Assembly (NCBI GenBank): GCA_044222185.1
Contig: JBGANV010000001.1
Span: forward strand, 1,504,001 to 1,568,000
From: Planctomycetota bacterium
GTDB lineage: Bacteria; Planctomycetota; GCA-002687715; CAIWVZ01
Reading direction: 5' to 3'
Length of the DNA: 64,000 bases
Notes under the pieces: model-generated
Databases searched by the model: none
The model's input: only the letters and a program-made list of their open reading frames with translations
Told to the model about the DNA's origin: nothing
Translations under genes and position numbers: made by a program
Shown here: piece after piece, positions 9,882 to 18,912 of the stretch
Layout: each line of letters starts with the position of its first letter
How positions within the stretch are numbered: position 1 is the first letter of the stretch

Positions 9882-10292
9882 ATGAACGTCGACGACCTGA
9901 TCGCCCTGGCCCGCAAGGCGCGCGCGCGCGCCCACGCGCCCTACTCGAAGTACAAGGTCGGGGCCGCGCTGCTCGGTCGCGACGGCCGCGTCTTCCTGGG
10001 CTGCAACGTCGAAAACGCGTCCTACGGCCTCACGGTCTGCGCCGAACGGAACGCCTACTTCCAGGCCGTTGCCGCCGGCTGCACGCAGTTCACGGATCTC
10101 GCGGTCGTGACGCGGGACGGGGCCTCCCTCTGTGGCGCCTGCCGGCAGGTGGCGCGAGAGTTCGGGACCGAACTTGCGATCCACCTCGCTCGGCCCACGG
10201 GTCGGGCTCACGGAACGACCCTCGCAAAGCTCCTGCCGGATTCCTTCGGCCCGCGCTTCACGCGCTGGCGCTCGCCCTCGAAGACCCGCTGA
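9882..10292 (+). CDS. cdd: Cytidine deaminase (tetrameric type)
   Basis: APYSKYKVGAA, GCNVENASYGLTVCAER, CGACRQ zinc motif. Confidence 0.93.
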   Translation: MNVDDLIALARKARARAHAPYSKYKVGAALLGRDGRVFLGCNVENASYGLTVCAERNAYFQAVAAGCTQFTDLAVVTRDGASLCGACRQVAREFGTELAIHLARPTGRAHGTTLAKLLPDSFGPRFTRWRSPSKTR

Positions 10293-10319
10293 GGCCATCG
10301 GAGGTCCGATCCGCCGGGT

Positions 10320-11102
10320 TCAGCCCTTGACCGCGTAGCCGATCAACGGGCTCGTGAGCCCCAGGCCCGTCCGCGCGCCGACGAGAGCGGGCGGCTCGAT
10401 GCCGAGCTCTCGCTTCCACCATTCCGCGTCCGTGAACACGGCGACCACGGGTTCGCGATCGATGTCGTGAAGGAACACGCGTGTTCCGGGGGCGAGTGCG
10501 CCCCAAAGCGCGCGGATGCACGAGCGGAAGCTCTCCTGCAGATCGACGTCCCAGAACGCAGCGGCGATCGGCGTGGCAGAGAGCTGGGGGAGCGACTGAT
10601 CGAACCAACCCTTCACGAAGCGCGTGCGGTCGATACGCCCGAACCGCTTCACGGTCGTCGTGACGAGGTCCAGACGCCCCTGGTACTCGCCCTTCTCGAA
10701 GTCCTTCTTCTTCTCCCAGTGATCCGAATCGGCGACGTCCGGAAGCCCCTCGAACGAATCGCACACGACGAGCTCACGCCCTGCAAAGGCGGCCGCGTGT
10801 CCGAGCTTGGCGCTGCTGCCGCCGAGGAACGCGCCGCATTCGATCACGACGCCGGGTTGCGCGGGCGACAGCTCGATCACTGACTCCATCACGTGGAGCA
10901 GTTCGGCTGGATTGTGACCGCATTCGACGCGCAGGTGGATCCAGATCGCCCGGGCCGCGAGCGCGACCCGCGTGCCGACACCGGCGCGTCGTCCAACGAG
11001 ACCACGAGCCACGAACGCGACGTGCGCCGGGAGCGCGACGAGGACCGCACCAAGCTGCCAGCGGAGGAAGTAGAGGGCACGGTGGAGAGGCGTACGGCTC
11101 AT
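10320..11102 (-). CDS. TylF/MycF/NovP-family O-methyltransferase
   Basis: VIECGAFLGGS, DSFEGLP, VKGWFDQSLP, DVDL, HD motifs. Confidence 0.8.
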   Translation of the reverse strand: MSRTPLHRALYFLRWQLGAVLVALPAHVAFVARGLVGRRAGVGTRVALAARAIWIHLRVECGHNPAELLHVMESVIELSPAQPGVVIECGAFLGGSSAKLGHAAAFAGRELVVCDSFEGLPDVADSDHWEKKKDFEKGEYQGRLDLVTTTVKRFGRIDRTRFVKGWFDQSLPQLSATPIAAAFWDVDLQESFRSCIRALWGALAPGTRVFLHDIDREPVVAVFTDAEWWKRELGIEPPALVGARTGLGLTSPLIGYAVKG

Positions 11103-11229
11103 GCGTGCCGGCAGGCTAACGCGTCACGGCCAGGAAACTCCGCGAGGCCGGCGCCGCGCCAGTTCGCGAAGCGGCGGTGGGCCATAGGCGCGGAGTCTCA
11201 GATCACTGCGTGCGCACTGGCGTGAGATC

Positions 11230-12843
11230 TCAGGGCAGCGGCCATCCCTGCGGCTTGTTGCGGTACCGGACCGTGAGGTACGTCGACCGGTATGCGGCCA
11301 TCGGGACGCCGGGCGCCGTGAGATAGGTAACGAGTACGAACATCTCGTCGTGAGGCGTCGCGCTCCCCGCGAGCGGGATCGTCAGGTTGTTGAACGTCGG
11401 CTGGCGCTGTCCGAGCGTGTAGCCATGGGGAAACGCCGCCGGGTCCAGTGCCACAGTGCCGATGATCGCCTCGTACCCGGGCGTGGCGAGGGCGTTCGAG
11501 ACGAACGCAATCGGGCCATCGGTGGTGTACGTGCCGGGTGCGAACGGGACCGGGGTGTTGTACTGCCAGCTAGCGCTGTTGAATGTGGCGAGCCCACCTT
11601 GCGCTCGAAAGAGTCCCCAGCCGTTCGGGACGAATATGCCGTTCTGGTCGAGCTTGATGTGACAATTGAAGTTGGTGTTGGTGTACACGTCGACGACCGA
11701 GAAAACGCCACCGTCCAGCTCATTGATGGAGAGCGAGCGCTTCGAGACGTAGTTGTTCCCCCAAACCGTCCTGCGGAGCGGGATCGTCTCCGTGAGCTGC
11801 AGCGTCTCAGCCGGATCGTGAATGCGGATGTCGCCGCGGCGATCGGACGAATTCGGCGGTGGGTTGCCGCTGATCTGCGGCAGATTGATTTGGGCTGCGG
11901 TCGCCCATACGTTCAGTCCGTCGAAGTGGAACCCCGTCGGCGGGTTCGGAACCGATCCGAACAGGATCTGCGGAACGAAGCTGTACAGCGTGTTCGCGGT
12001 GATCTGCATCGGGTAGCCGCAGTTCGAGATGTCGTTGCCGCTGACGACGCACGGGGACCCCGCCGCAACACCGATGACGGCAGCGCCGTCCGATCGAACG
12101 GAGATTGCGTTCAGGACGTCACCATTGCCGAAGCCCCAGAACGAACCCGGGATGGCGATCATCACGTTCGACGGGCCGTTGCTCCAGAGCACGTCGCACG
12201 AGTTGAAACCGGCCAGCGCCCCCCCCATGCTTCGGATCGCCGACACGGACGTGGCGCTCACCGTGAACAACACCGGCAGAGCGGGTGACATCTCCCACGA
12301 CAATCCCTCGAGGTCATCGGAAGTCGACGCCCCCAGAGCCGCAGTCACCTCGAACGGACCGACCGTTGTCATCTGTGCCACCGGCGTCATCCCCGCCGTC
12401 GCTGGATAGGCGGTGCCCGTACTCATTCCGGAGCTCCAGTCCCAGCCGTACACGCGGTGCTTCTTGTAGATGCTCGGGCTGGTCGTCATCGGGTCGACCG
12501 TCATCTCCAAGCGGTGATGCCTCCCGCCGACGCCGCTCTGAAGGACGCTCCATTCTCCGAAGACGTCGTTCGCATAGGAGATCGCCACGATCTCCACGCC
12601 CGACGGAAGTCCGAGCGCGGCCGGCGTGAGCTGGACCTGGGTCGCCGCCGACGCGGCCGCTCTCGCGAGCTTGCACGCGGTGTCCGGGGCGGTCACCGAC
12701 GGTGAGCCGGCCTTCATCGTGCCCTGGAAGTAGAACCCGGTGTCGTCCGCCGGATCTGGCACGAACTGACCCACGGCAAGGGAGGATAGAGAGGCGATCA
12801 GCGCGCAAATGGCCGCAAAGTGATTTCGCATGCTCTGACTCAC
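11230..12843 (-). CDS. Hypothetical secreted protein, paralog A (paralog of 18913-20562)
   Basis: Signal peptide (start GTG 12843 or ATG 12831); collinear similarity with the 18913 ORF (DTGFYFxGTxKxGSP, GRHHRxExTV, WGNxYVSKRSL, LDPxxFPxGYxLGQ). Confidence 0.85.
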   Translation of the reverse strand: MSQSMRNHFAAICALIASLSSLAVGQFVPDPADDTGFYFQGTMKAGSPSVTAPDTACKLARAAASAATQVQLTPAALGLPSGVEIVAISYANDVFGEWSVLQSGVGGRHHRLEMTVDPMTTSPSIYKKHRVYGWDWSSGMSTGTAYPATAGMTPVAQMTTVGPFEVTAALGASTSDDLEGLSWEMSPALPVLFTVSATSVSAIRSMGGALAGFNSCDVLWSNGPSNVMIAIPGSFWGFGNGDVLNAISVRSDGAAVIGVAAGSPCVVSGNDISNCGYPMQITANTLYSFVPQILFGSVPNPPTGFHFDGLNVWATAAQINLPQISGNPPPNSSDRRGDIRIHDPAETLQLTETIPLRRTVWGNNYVSKRSLSINELDGGVFSVVDVYTNTNFNCHIKLDQNGIFVPNGWGLFRAQGGLATFNSASWQYNTPVPFAPGTYTTDGPIAFVSNALATPGYEAIIGTVALDPAAFPHGYTLGQRQPTFNNLTIPLAGSATPHDEMFVLVTYLTAPGVPMAAYRSTYLTVRYRNKPQGWPLP

Positions 12844-12938
12844 GTCGAACGGAAGATTGGCGGATTGACGGTCATGGGTGTGGCCCAGGCGAACCGCAGC
12901 GCAGGACCAGACCGGGACAGGAAGCAGGGTTTCACCAT

Positions 12939-12973
12939 TACTTGGGAGCCCGTCAAAAATCCGGACTCGAAAA
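12939..12973 (-). promoter_or_regulatory. Conserved bipartite motif, candidate ECF promoter (copy 1)
   Basis: TTTT-N3-GTCCG-N16-CCAAGTA; CCAAGTA follows a 36-nt gap after the kinase A stop, as in copy 2. Confidence 0.5.
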
Positions 12974-12981
12974 CGCGGAGT

Positions 12982-15501
12982 CTACTCGAGGGGCCTCGCC
13001 GGACGGACACCCACGTCCCGAGCCGTGTCCGTTTCCATCTGGAAATTGCGGCAACTGCTCCGTGAATCGACCACGTCGGAATGCATGGACCCGCCCCGGA
13101 CGATCCGCAACCGCTCGGAGACCGCGGGTGTCCGCAGGCCATCGCCGCGGCGGGGTGCAGCCGCGGCGTAGCTGCGGACGAGATCGTCCTCGCACCATTC
13201 CGCCACATTTCCGTGGCAATCGAACAAACCGATCGGGTTCGGTCGGAACGAGCCCACGGGTGCGTGGAGGTGACGGTGGTCGTCGAACGGCGCGGGGCGA
13301 ATCACAGTCCAATAGGAGGGTCCCATCTCCACCCCCGCGATGTTGGCGAAGCCCTCGGTGTCCGCCGGCTGTCGGCCGCAAGACCACGGCGTCGACGTCC
13401 CACCGCGACACGCCATCTCCCATTGCGCCTCGGTCGGCAGCGCCATCCCGGCATGGGTGATCCGCGTCTTCGCCTCCGTCCATGCGATGAACTCCACCGG
13501 GTGCAAGAGCGTCACGGAACGGCCCTCGTCCGTTCCGGACCCATGCAGGGTTCCGGGCGGGTAGTAGGACGGGTTCCGCCCCTCGTCGAGACGGGCCCAT
13601 TGATCCTGCGTCAGCTCGTACTTCGAGATGAAGTAGGGGTCCAACGTGACCTCCCCCCCGGGCGCCTCGAATGCCATGTCGGCCCATTGGTCATCCTCGG
13701 ACGCGCCCAACTCGAAGTTCCCGCCTGGAAGCAGGACCAGAACGATGCCGGCCCCCAGGGCGGCGACTCCCCCGCGCTGAGGGTCGAACGGAGGTCGCGC
13801 GCCGCTCTCCACGTGCCAGAACTCGTACAGCCCCGTCGACTCGTTCAGACCCAATGGGATCAAACCCAACTGAGGCCGGACCTCGAGCCCGTGGTACTTC
13901 GGGGAGGTTCGGATTGCCTGGATGCATCGAGCCCAATCGCTCGCAGCGTCATGACGCAGCGTGCGCTCCTGTAGCGTGGACGCACGCTGCCGTCGCTCGG
14001 CGACCATCGCCCGTCGGTCGCGCAGCCGACCAAGTCCCGCCAGGAGCTCCGACAGGACGTCGTCGAAGTAGGCATCCGTTTCCAGAGCATAGTGCCGGGA
14101 CTCGGGTCCGTCGGGGATCGCTCCGTCGCGCAAGCGGGAGCGGGCCGACTCGTGAAGCGTCTGGCGCGCGAGCTTGGCGTCCGCTTCACGAAGCCACTGA
14201 TCGCAGGGCTCGACGAGCGCCGGCCCGACGGGCCACAGCCTCACCTCCCGATCGAGCAGGTCCCGAACGTGACGGATGTCCGCAACTTGATCGCGTTCCT
14301 CGATCGTTTGCGCCTGACGCGCGTTCATGTAGGCGAAGCTGCAGAGGCCGGCGGCGAGCACGACGATGAGGGCGGACGAGGCCGCGGCCATTCCCGGCTC
14401 CCGCCGGGCCCAGGAAAACAGCCGTACGAGGGGTCCCGCCGGCTTCGCGTGCACGGGCTCGAACTCGCACACGCGCCGGAGGTCGTCTGCGAGATCGAGC
14501 GCGGTGCGGTAGCGAAGACGGAGATCCGGGGCGAGCGCCGTCGCGATCACGACATCCAGAGACCGGCTCGTCGCCGGGTTCAGGCGCCGTGCGGAGGTTG
14601 GCGACGACATCGCCGATGCGCGCAGGGCCTCGAACGTCGGGCCCTCGCGCGGGAGCCGTCCCGTCACGAGCTGATAGAGGATCACGCCGAGGGCGTAGAC
14701 GTCGACGCGGCGATCGATGCCGGGTTGCCCCAGGATCTGCTCCGGCGCCATGTAGGGCGGCGTTCCGAACACGGCTCCCGACGCGGTGAGCGTCGCGCCA
14801 TCCGACACCTCGTCGCGTGCGAGCCCGAAGTCCAGCACGACGGGATGTCCGTCCCGCCCGACGATGATGTTGGACGGCTTGAGGTCCCGGTGGATCACGC
14901 CGGCCTCGTGCACGACGTGTACCGCCCGCGCAACCTCTTCGATGAACCGGGCGTGCCCGTGAAGGTCGGCCCGAGTCGCCCGCGGCAGGCCCGAATCAGC
15001 GAGTCGCGCCGACAGCGGCGCCCCTTCCACGTACCGCATCGCCATCCACGCCCGTCCGCGGTCTCGACCGACCTCGAACACGGTGCAGACACCGGGGTGA
15101 TCCACGCGCGACGCAGTCTCGGCTTCACGTCGGAATCGCAGCAGCGCGTCGTCAGCGGACGCGAATCCGCGATGAAGGATCTTCAATGCGACCTGCCGCT
15201 TCAGCCGCGTGTCATCGGCGAGCCACACTTCGCCTTGCCCGCCGCGACCGATGGGGCGAAGCAGCCGATATGCGCCGACGCGCAAGGGATCGTCTGCCGG
15301 CGGTGGCGATTCAGCTGTCGTACCATCCGGGTGCTTCGACCCGCTGGTGACGGCATCCCGAGCCCGCTGCGCAGCCGCGGTCCGCGCCGGATCCCCGTCG
15401 CCGAACGTCGACAAGTCGTCCGTGCGGCCGTCAGCCTTGGCCGCGAGCAACCGCTCCAACGCCTCGATCTCCAGTCTCTCGTCCCGGTCCTTCGGATCCA
15501 T
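12982..15501 (-). CDS. Transmembrane Ser/Thr protein kinase with C-terminal FGE-sulfatase (SUMF1/CLec-fold) domain, paralog A
   Basis: GRGGQG, VALK, HRDLKPSN, DFG, GTPPYMAPE; TM helix; FGE motifs LPTEAQWE, GLFDCHGNVAEW, RGGS; MDP start shared with paralog B. Confidence 0.92.
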   Translation of the reverse strand: MDPKDRDERLEIEALERLLAAKADGRTDDLSTFGDGDPARTAAAQRARDAVTSGSKHPDGTTAESPPPADDPLRVGAYRLLRPIGRGGQGEVWLADDTRLKRQVALKILHRGFASADDALLRFRREAETASRVDHPGVCTVFEVGRDRGRAWMAMRYVEGAPLSARLADSGLPRATRADLHGHARFIEEVARAVHVVHEAGVIHRDLKPSNIIVGRDGHPVVLDFGLARDEVSDGATLTASGAVFGTPPYMAPEQILGQPGIDRRVDVYALGVILYQLVTGRLPREGPTFEALRASAMSSPTSARRLNPATSRSLDVVIATALAPDLRLRYRTALDLADDLRRVCEFEPVHAKPAGPLVRLFSWARREPGMAAASSALIVVLAAGLCSFAYMNARQAQTIEERDQVADIRHVRDLLDREVRLWPVGPALVEPCDQWLREADAKLARQTLHESARSRLRDGAIPDGPESRHYALETDAYFDDVLSELLAGLGRLRDRRAMVAERRQRASTLQERTLRHDAASDWARCIQAIRTSPKYHGLEVRPQLGLIPLGLNESTGLYEFWHVESGARPPFDPQRGGVAALGAGIVLVLLPGGNFELGASEDDQWADMAFEAPGGEVTLDPYFISKYELTQDQWARLDEGRNPSYYPPGTLHGSGTDEGRSVTLLHPVEFIAWTEAKTRITHAGMALPTEAQWEMACRGGTSTPWSCGRQPADTEGFANIAGVEMGPSYWTVIRPAPFDDHRHLHAPVGSFRPNPIGLFDCHGNVAEWCEDDLVRSYAAAAPRRGDGLRTPAVSERLRIVRGGSMHSDVVDSRSSCRNFQMETDTARDVGVRPARPLE

Positions 15502-15578
15502 CGCGCTTCCGCCCTCCCGACGGTTTCCCTTCGACGATCGCTCCCCGCTCACTCCCGCGGATCAGGTCCGTGCGTCGA

Positions 15579-16163
15579 TCACGCGAAGAGGTCCGTGGGT
15601 GGACGCCAGTCCTGGATCTTCCGCACGAGCCTCTGCCATCGCTTTTCCACGGCATCCCGCGTGACGCCGAGAACTTCGGCGGTCTCCGAATGGCCGAGCC
15701 CCTCGAGCCCCCGATAGATGAGGAGCATTCGGTCGTCGTCATCCAATTCGTCGAGCTTCGTGACGAAACCTCGCAGGCCTTCGTCGCGGGCAAACCGGCG
15801 ACTCACACTGGTGACGTCGTCTGGCAGTTGATCCAGCAGGTCACGACTCGACACGTCGAGGTGGGCGGGCTTGGCACCCGGCCGGGCGGCGCTGGCGAGA
15901 ATCTCGCGCAGGACGTTGTTCGCGACTCCGAACACCCACCGCCGGAAGGCACCACGCGAAGGATCGAAGGTGTGGAACCTCTCGTAGGCGCGGCAGCAGA
16001 CCTCCTGCACGAGGTCCTCCGGGTCGATGAAACCGCGTAGGGCGCGCCTCACGCGGAGCGAGGCCCAGGCCACGAGGGTCGGTGCGCACTCCGTGTAGAG
16101 CGCGGCAAAACTCGGCTGCTTCGTCGTCGGACCGGGTGACGATCCCGCGTCGGGTGGCGGCAT
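15579..16163 (-). CDS. ECF sigma factor (kinase-associated type)
   Basis: Region 2 DPEDLVQE...FRRWVFGVANN; linker TSVS; region 4 EGLGHSETAEVLGVTRDAVEKRWQR. Confidence 0.9.
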   Translation of the reverse strand: MPPPDAGSSPGPTTKQPSFAALYTECAPTLVAWASLRVRRALRGFIDPEDLVQEVCCRAYERFHTFDPSRGAFRRWVFGVANNVLREILASAARPGAKPAHLDVSSRDLLDQLPDDVTSVSRRFARDEGLRGFVTKLDELDDDDRMLLIYRGLEGLGHSETAEVLGVTRDAVEKRWQRLVRKIQDWRPPTDLFA

Positions 16164-16247
16164 GGGCGACAGACTATCAGAAGCGCCGCGTCCGCCGATA
16201 CCTTCGCCAGAGCGCGGACTCGCCGCTGCCGATAGGATGCTCCGCCT

Positions 16248-18776
16248 ATGGACCCCACCGAACGCGACATCGCACTCGACATCGAAGCCCTCGAGCTCGT
16301 GCTTTCAGCTCGGGCCCAAGGCAGGCACGAGGATCTCGTCGAGTTCGCCGCTCGCGACGAAGCCCATGCGGCCGCAGCCGCGCGGACGCGCGCGGCGCTC
16401 GCGAACGGCTCCACCAGACCCGAGCAATCGCCGACCTGGAGTGCGGACCCGCTCACGCTCGGCGCCGCTACGTTCGGGCCCTACAGGCCGATCCAATCAC
16501 TCGGCCGGGGCGGCCAGGGCGAGGTCTGGCTGGCCGAGGACACCCGGCTCAAGCGCCACGTCGCGCTCAAGATCCTCCATCACGGGCTCGCCATGGCGGA
16601 CGACGCACTCCTGCGGTTTCGCCGAGAAGCCGAGGTTGCGTCGCGACTGGATCACCCCGGGCTGTGTACGGTGTTCGAGGTGGGCCGCGAGGGCGGACGC
16701 GCGTGGATGGCCATGCGATACGTCGAAGGCGAATCCCTCGCCCGCCTCATCAGCGCACACCCGGAGCCACCGTCGAACCGTGCGGACATGAACGGCTGGC
16801 TCAAGCTCGTGGAGGAAATCGCACGGGCCATGCACGCCGCCCACGAAGGCGGGGTGATCCACCGCGACCTGAAGCCGTCCAACGTCATCGTCGGGCGCGA
16901 CGGTCATCCCGTCGTCCTCGACTTCGGACTTGCGCGAGACGAGGTCTCCACCGGATCGACGCTGACCGCCACGGGCGCGGTGTTCGGCACGCCCTGGTTC
17001 ATGGCTCCGGAGCAGCTCCTCGGCCAGTCGACCGTGGACCGGCGCGTCGACGTGTACGCCCTGGGCGCGATCCTTCATCTCGCGTTGACGGGCCATTATC
17101 CCCGCGAGGGGCCGACGTTCGAGGCCATTCGGGCGCTGGCCCACGCTCCCATCACGCCGCCGCGGAGCCTGAACGCGGCGATCGGACGCCCGCTGGAAAT
17201 CGTCATCCAGACGGCACTCGCCGTGGATCTCGGACTGAGGTACCGCACGGCACTCGACCTCGCCGAGGATCTCCGTCGTGTCCGCGAACTCGAGCCGATC
17301 CTGGCGCGACCCGCCAGTGCACTGACCAGGCTCGCATTCTGGGCCCGGCGAAATCGCGCGCTTTCCACGTCGCTGGCTGCGCTGTTCCTCGTCCTCGTCG
17401 CGGGCCTCGCGGCCGTCACGTACTACGCGGTGTTGCAGCAGCGCACGCTGAACGAACGCGACCAGGTCTCCGACATCCGAAGCGTCAACGCGCTGCTGGA
17501 ACGGGAGGGCGACCTCTTCCCCATCGGTCCCACCATCGTCGCAGCCGGCGAGACGTGGCTCCGCGACACGGACCGCTACCTCTCTCGCGAGGAGATGCAC
17601 CGCGCGTCACGCGAGCGCCTGCGGACGCAGGCGCTCGGCACCGGACCCGACAACAGGCCCAGATACGCGGACGAGGTTCGCGCGTACACGGACGACGTGC
17701 TGTCGGACCTGATCACGTCGCTGGAGCGGCTCCGCGCACGCCGTACCGTGGTCGCGGAGCGCATCGATCGCTCGCGCACGCTCGAGGCGCGGACCATCGG
17801 CCCGGAAATTCAGGGCGCATGGAACGAGTGCATCGCAACCATTCGGTCATCACCGAAGTACGCCGGGCTGGAACTGAAACCGCAACTCGGACTGGTCCCC
17901 CTGGGTGTGAACCCTCAGTCCGGCCTCTACGAGTTCTGGCACGTGGAGACCGGGTCCCGGCCAGTGTTCGACGCTGCACGCGGAGGCGCCGTCCCAGGTC
18001 CCGGCATGGGCGTGACGATGGTCCTCCTGCCAGCCAGCACGTTCGTCATGGGCGCCTCGCCCGACGATGAGTTCGCCGACACACGTTTCGAGGTTCCGAC
18101 GCAGAACGTCACGCTCGGTGCGTTCTTCATCTCGAAGTTCGAGTTGACGCAGGATCAGTGGTCGCGCGTCGACGGGGGGCGGAACCCGTCCTATTACTTC
18201 CCGGGAACGGACCGAGGCAGCAGCACCAAGGAGGGGTTGTCCGTGACTCTGCTCCACCCGGTCGAATCGGTGTCGTGGCTCGAGTCCGTGCGCGTCCTTG
18301 GTCGGGTCGGCCTCGCCCTGCCCACGGAATCCCAGTGGGAATACGCGGCGCGCGGAGGAACGACCACGCGGTGGACCCCCGGCGACCGTCCAGAGGAACT
18401 GGAGGGGTTTGCGAACGTCGCCGGGCTCGAGCGGGACCCGTCGTTCTGGGTCACGATCAAGCACCCCCCCTTCAACGATGGCCGCGTCCTTCATGCCCCT
18501 GTCGGGACCTACAAGCCGAATCCGTTCGGTCTCTTTGACTGCTGCGGGAACGTCTGCGAATGGTGTGCGGACATGCTCGTTCGAAGCTACCCGAGCGTGC
18601 GGCCGCGCTCGGTCGACGGCCTGCGCACACCGGAAAAGCCGGACCACAACCGGATGATGCGGGGCGGATCGGCCCAATTGGAGATCGCACTCACGCGTTC
18701 CTCGCAGCGCTTCTGGCAACTCGAAAACTCCACCGCCAGGGATCTGGGCCTGCGCCCCGCGCGCCCCGTCGACTGA
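16248..18776 (+). CDS. Transmembrane Ser/Thr protein kinase with C-terminal FGE-sulfatase domain, paralog B
   Basis: Same kinase motifs (HRDLKPSN, DFG, MAPE), TM helix, LPTESQWE, GLFDCCGNVCEW; full-length collinear with paralog A. Confidence 0.92.
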   Translation: MDPTERDIALDIEALELVLSARAQGRHEDLVEFAARDEAHAAAAARTRAALANGSTRPEQSPTWSADPLTLGAATFGPYRPIQSLGRGGQGEVWLAEDTRLKRHVALKILHHGLAMADDALLRFRREAEVASRLDHPGLCTVFEVGREGGRAWMAMRYVEGESLARLISAHPEPPSNRADMNGWLKLVEEIARAMHAAHEGGVIHRDLKPSNVIVGRDGHPVVLDFGLARDEVSTGSTLTATGAVFGTPWFMAPEQLLGQSTVDRRVDVYALGAILHLALTGHYPREGPTFEAIRALAHAPITPPRSLNAAIGRPLEIVIQTALAVDLGLRYRTALDLAEDLRRVRELEPILARPASALTRLAFWARRNRALSTSLAALFLVLVAGLAAVTYYAVLQQRTLNERDQVSDIRSVNALLEREGDLFPIGPTIVAAGETWLRDTDRYLSREEMHRASRERLRTQALGTGPDNRPRYADEVRAYTDDVLSDLITSLERLRARRTVVAERIDRSRTLEARTIGPEIQGAWNECIATIRSSPKYAGLELKPQLGLVPLGVNPQSGLYEFWHVETGSRPVFDAARGGAVPGPGMGVTMVLLPASTFVMGASPDDEFADTRFEVPTQNVTLGAFFISKFELTQDQWSRVDGGRNPSYYFPGTDRGSSTKEGLSVTLLHPVESVSWLESVRVLGRVGLALPTESQWEYAARGGTTTRWTPGDRPEELEGFANVAGLERDPSFWVTIKHPPFNDGRVLHAPVGTYKPNPFGLFDCCGNVCEWCADMLVRSYPSVRPRSVDGLRTPEKPDHNRMMRGGSAQLEIALTRSSQRFWQLENSTARDLGLRPARPVD

Positions 18777-18784
18777 TCCCGCCA

Positions 18785-18819
18785 TTTTTTTGTCCGACCT
18801 CGCGCGCGATCGCCAAGTA
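18785..18819 (+). promoter_or_regulatory. Conserved bipartite motif, candidate ECF promoter (copy 2)
   Basis: TTTT-N3-GTCCG(18792-96)-N16-CCAAGTA(18813-19), same spacing from kinase B stop as copy 1. Confidence 0.5.
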
Positions 18820-18912
18820 GCCAAATCGGCTCACGTGGATGTGTTGCGCAACGACGGTGCTGCGGACACGATTGGGCCGACCGCCTCCAACCACTACAGC
18901 AAGAACTTCATC

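Noticed and set aside
11189-12983. 10-bp direct repeat CGCGGAGTCT flanking secreted paralog A (11189-11198, 12974-12983)
   Set aside because: Short, GC-rich, overlaps a stop codon and has no associated recombinase; plausibly chance
12982-18776. Diversity-generating retroelement targeting the FGE domains
   Set aside because: No reverse transcriptase and no adenine-variant template repeat seen in the window; cannot exclude one elsewhere
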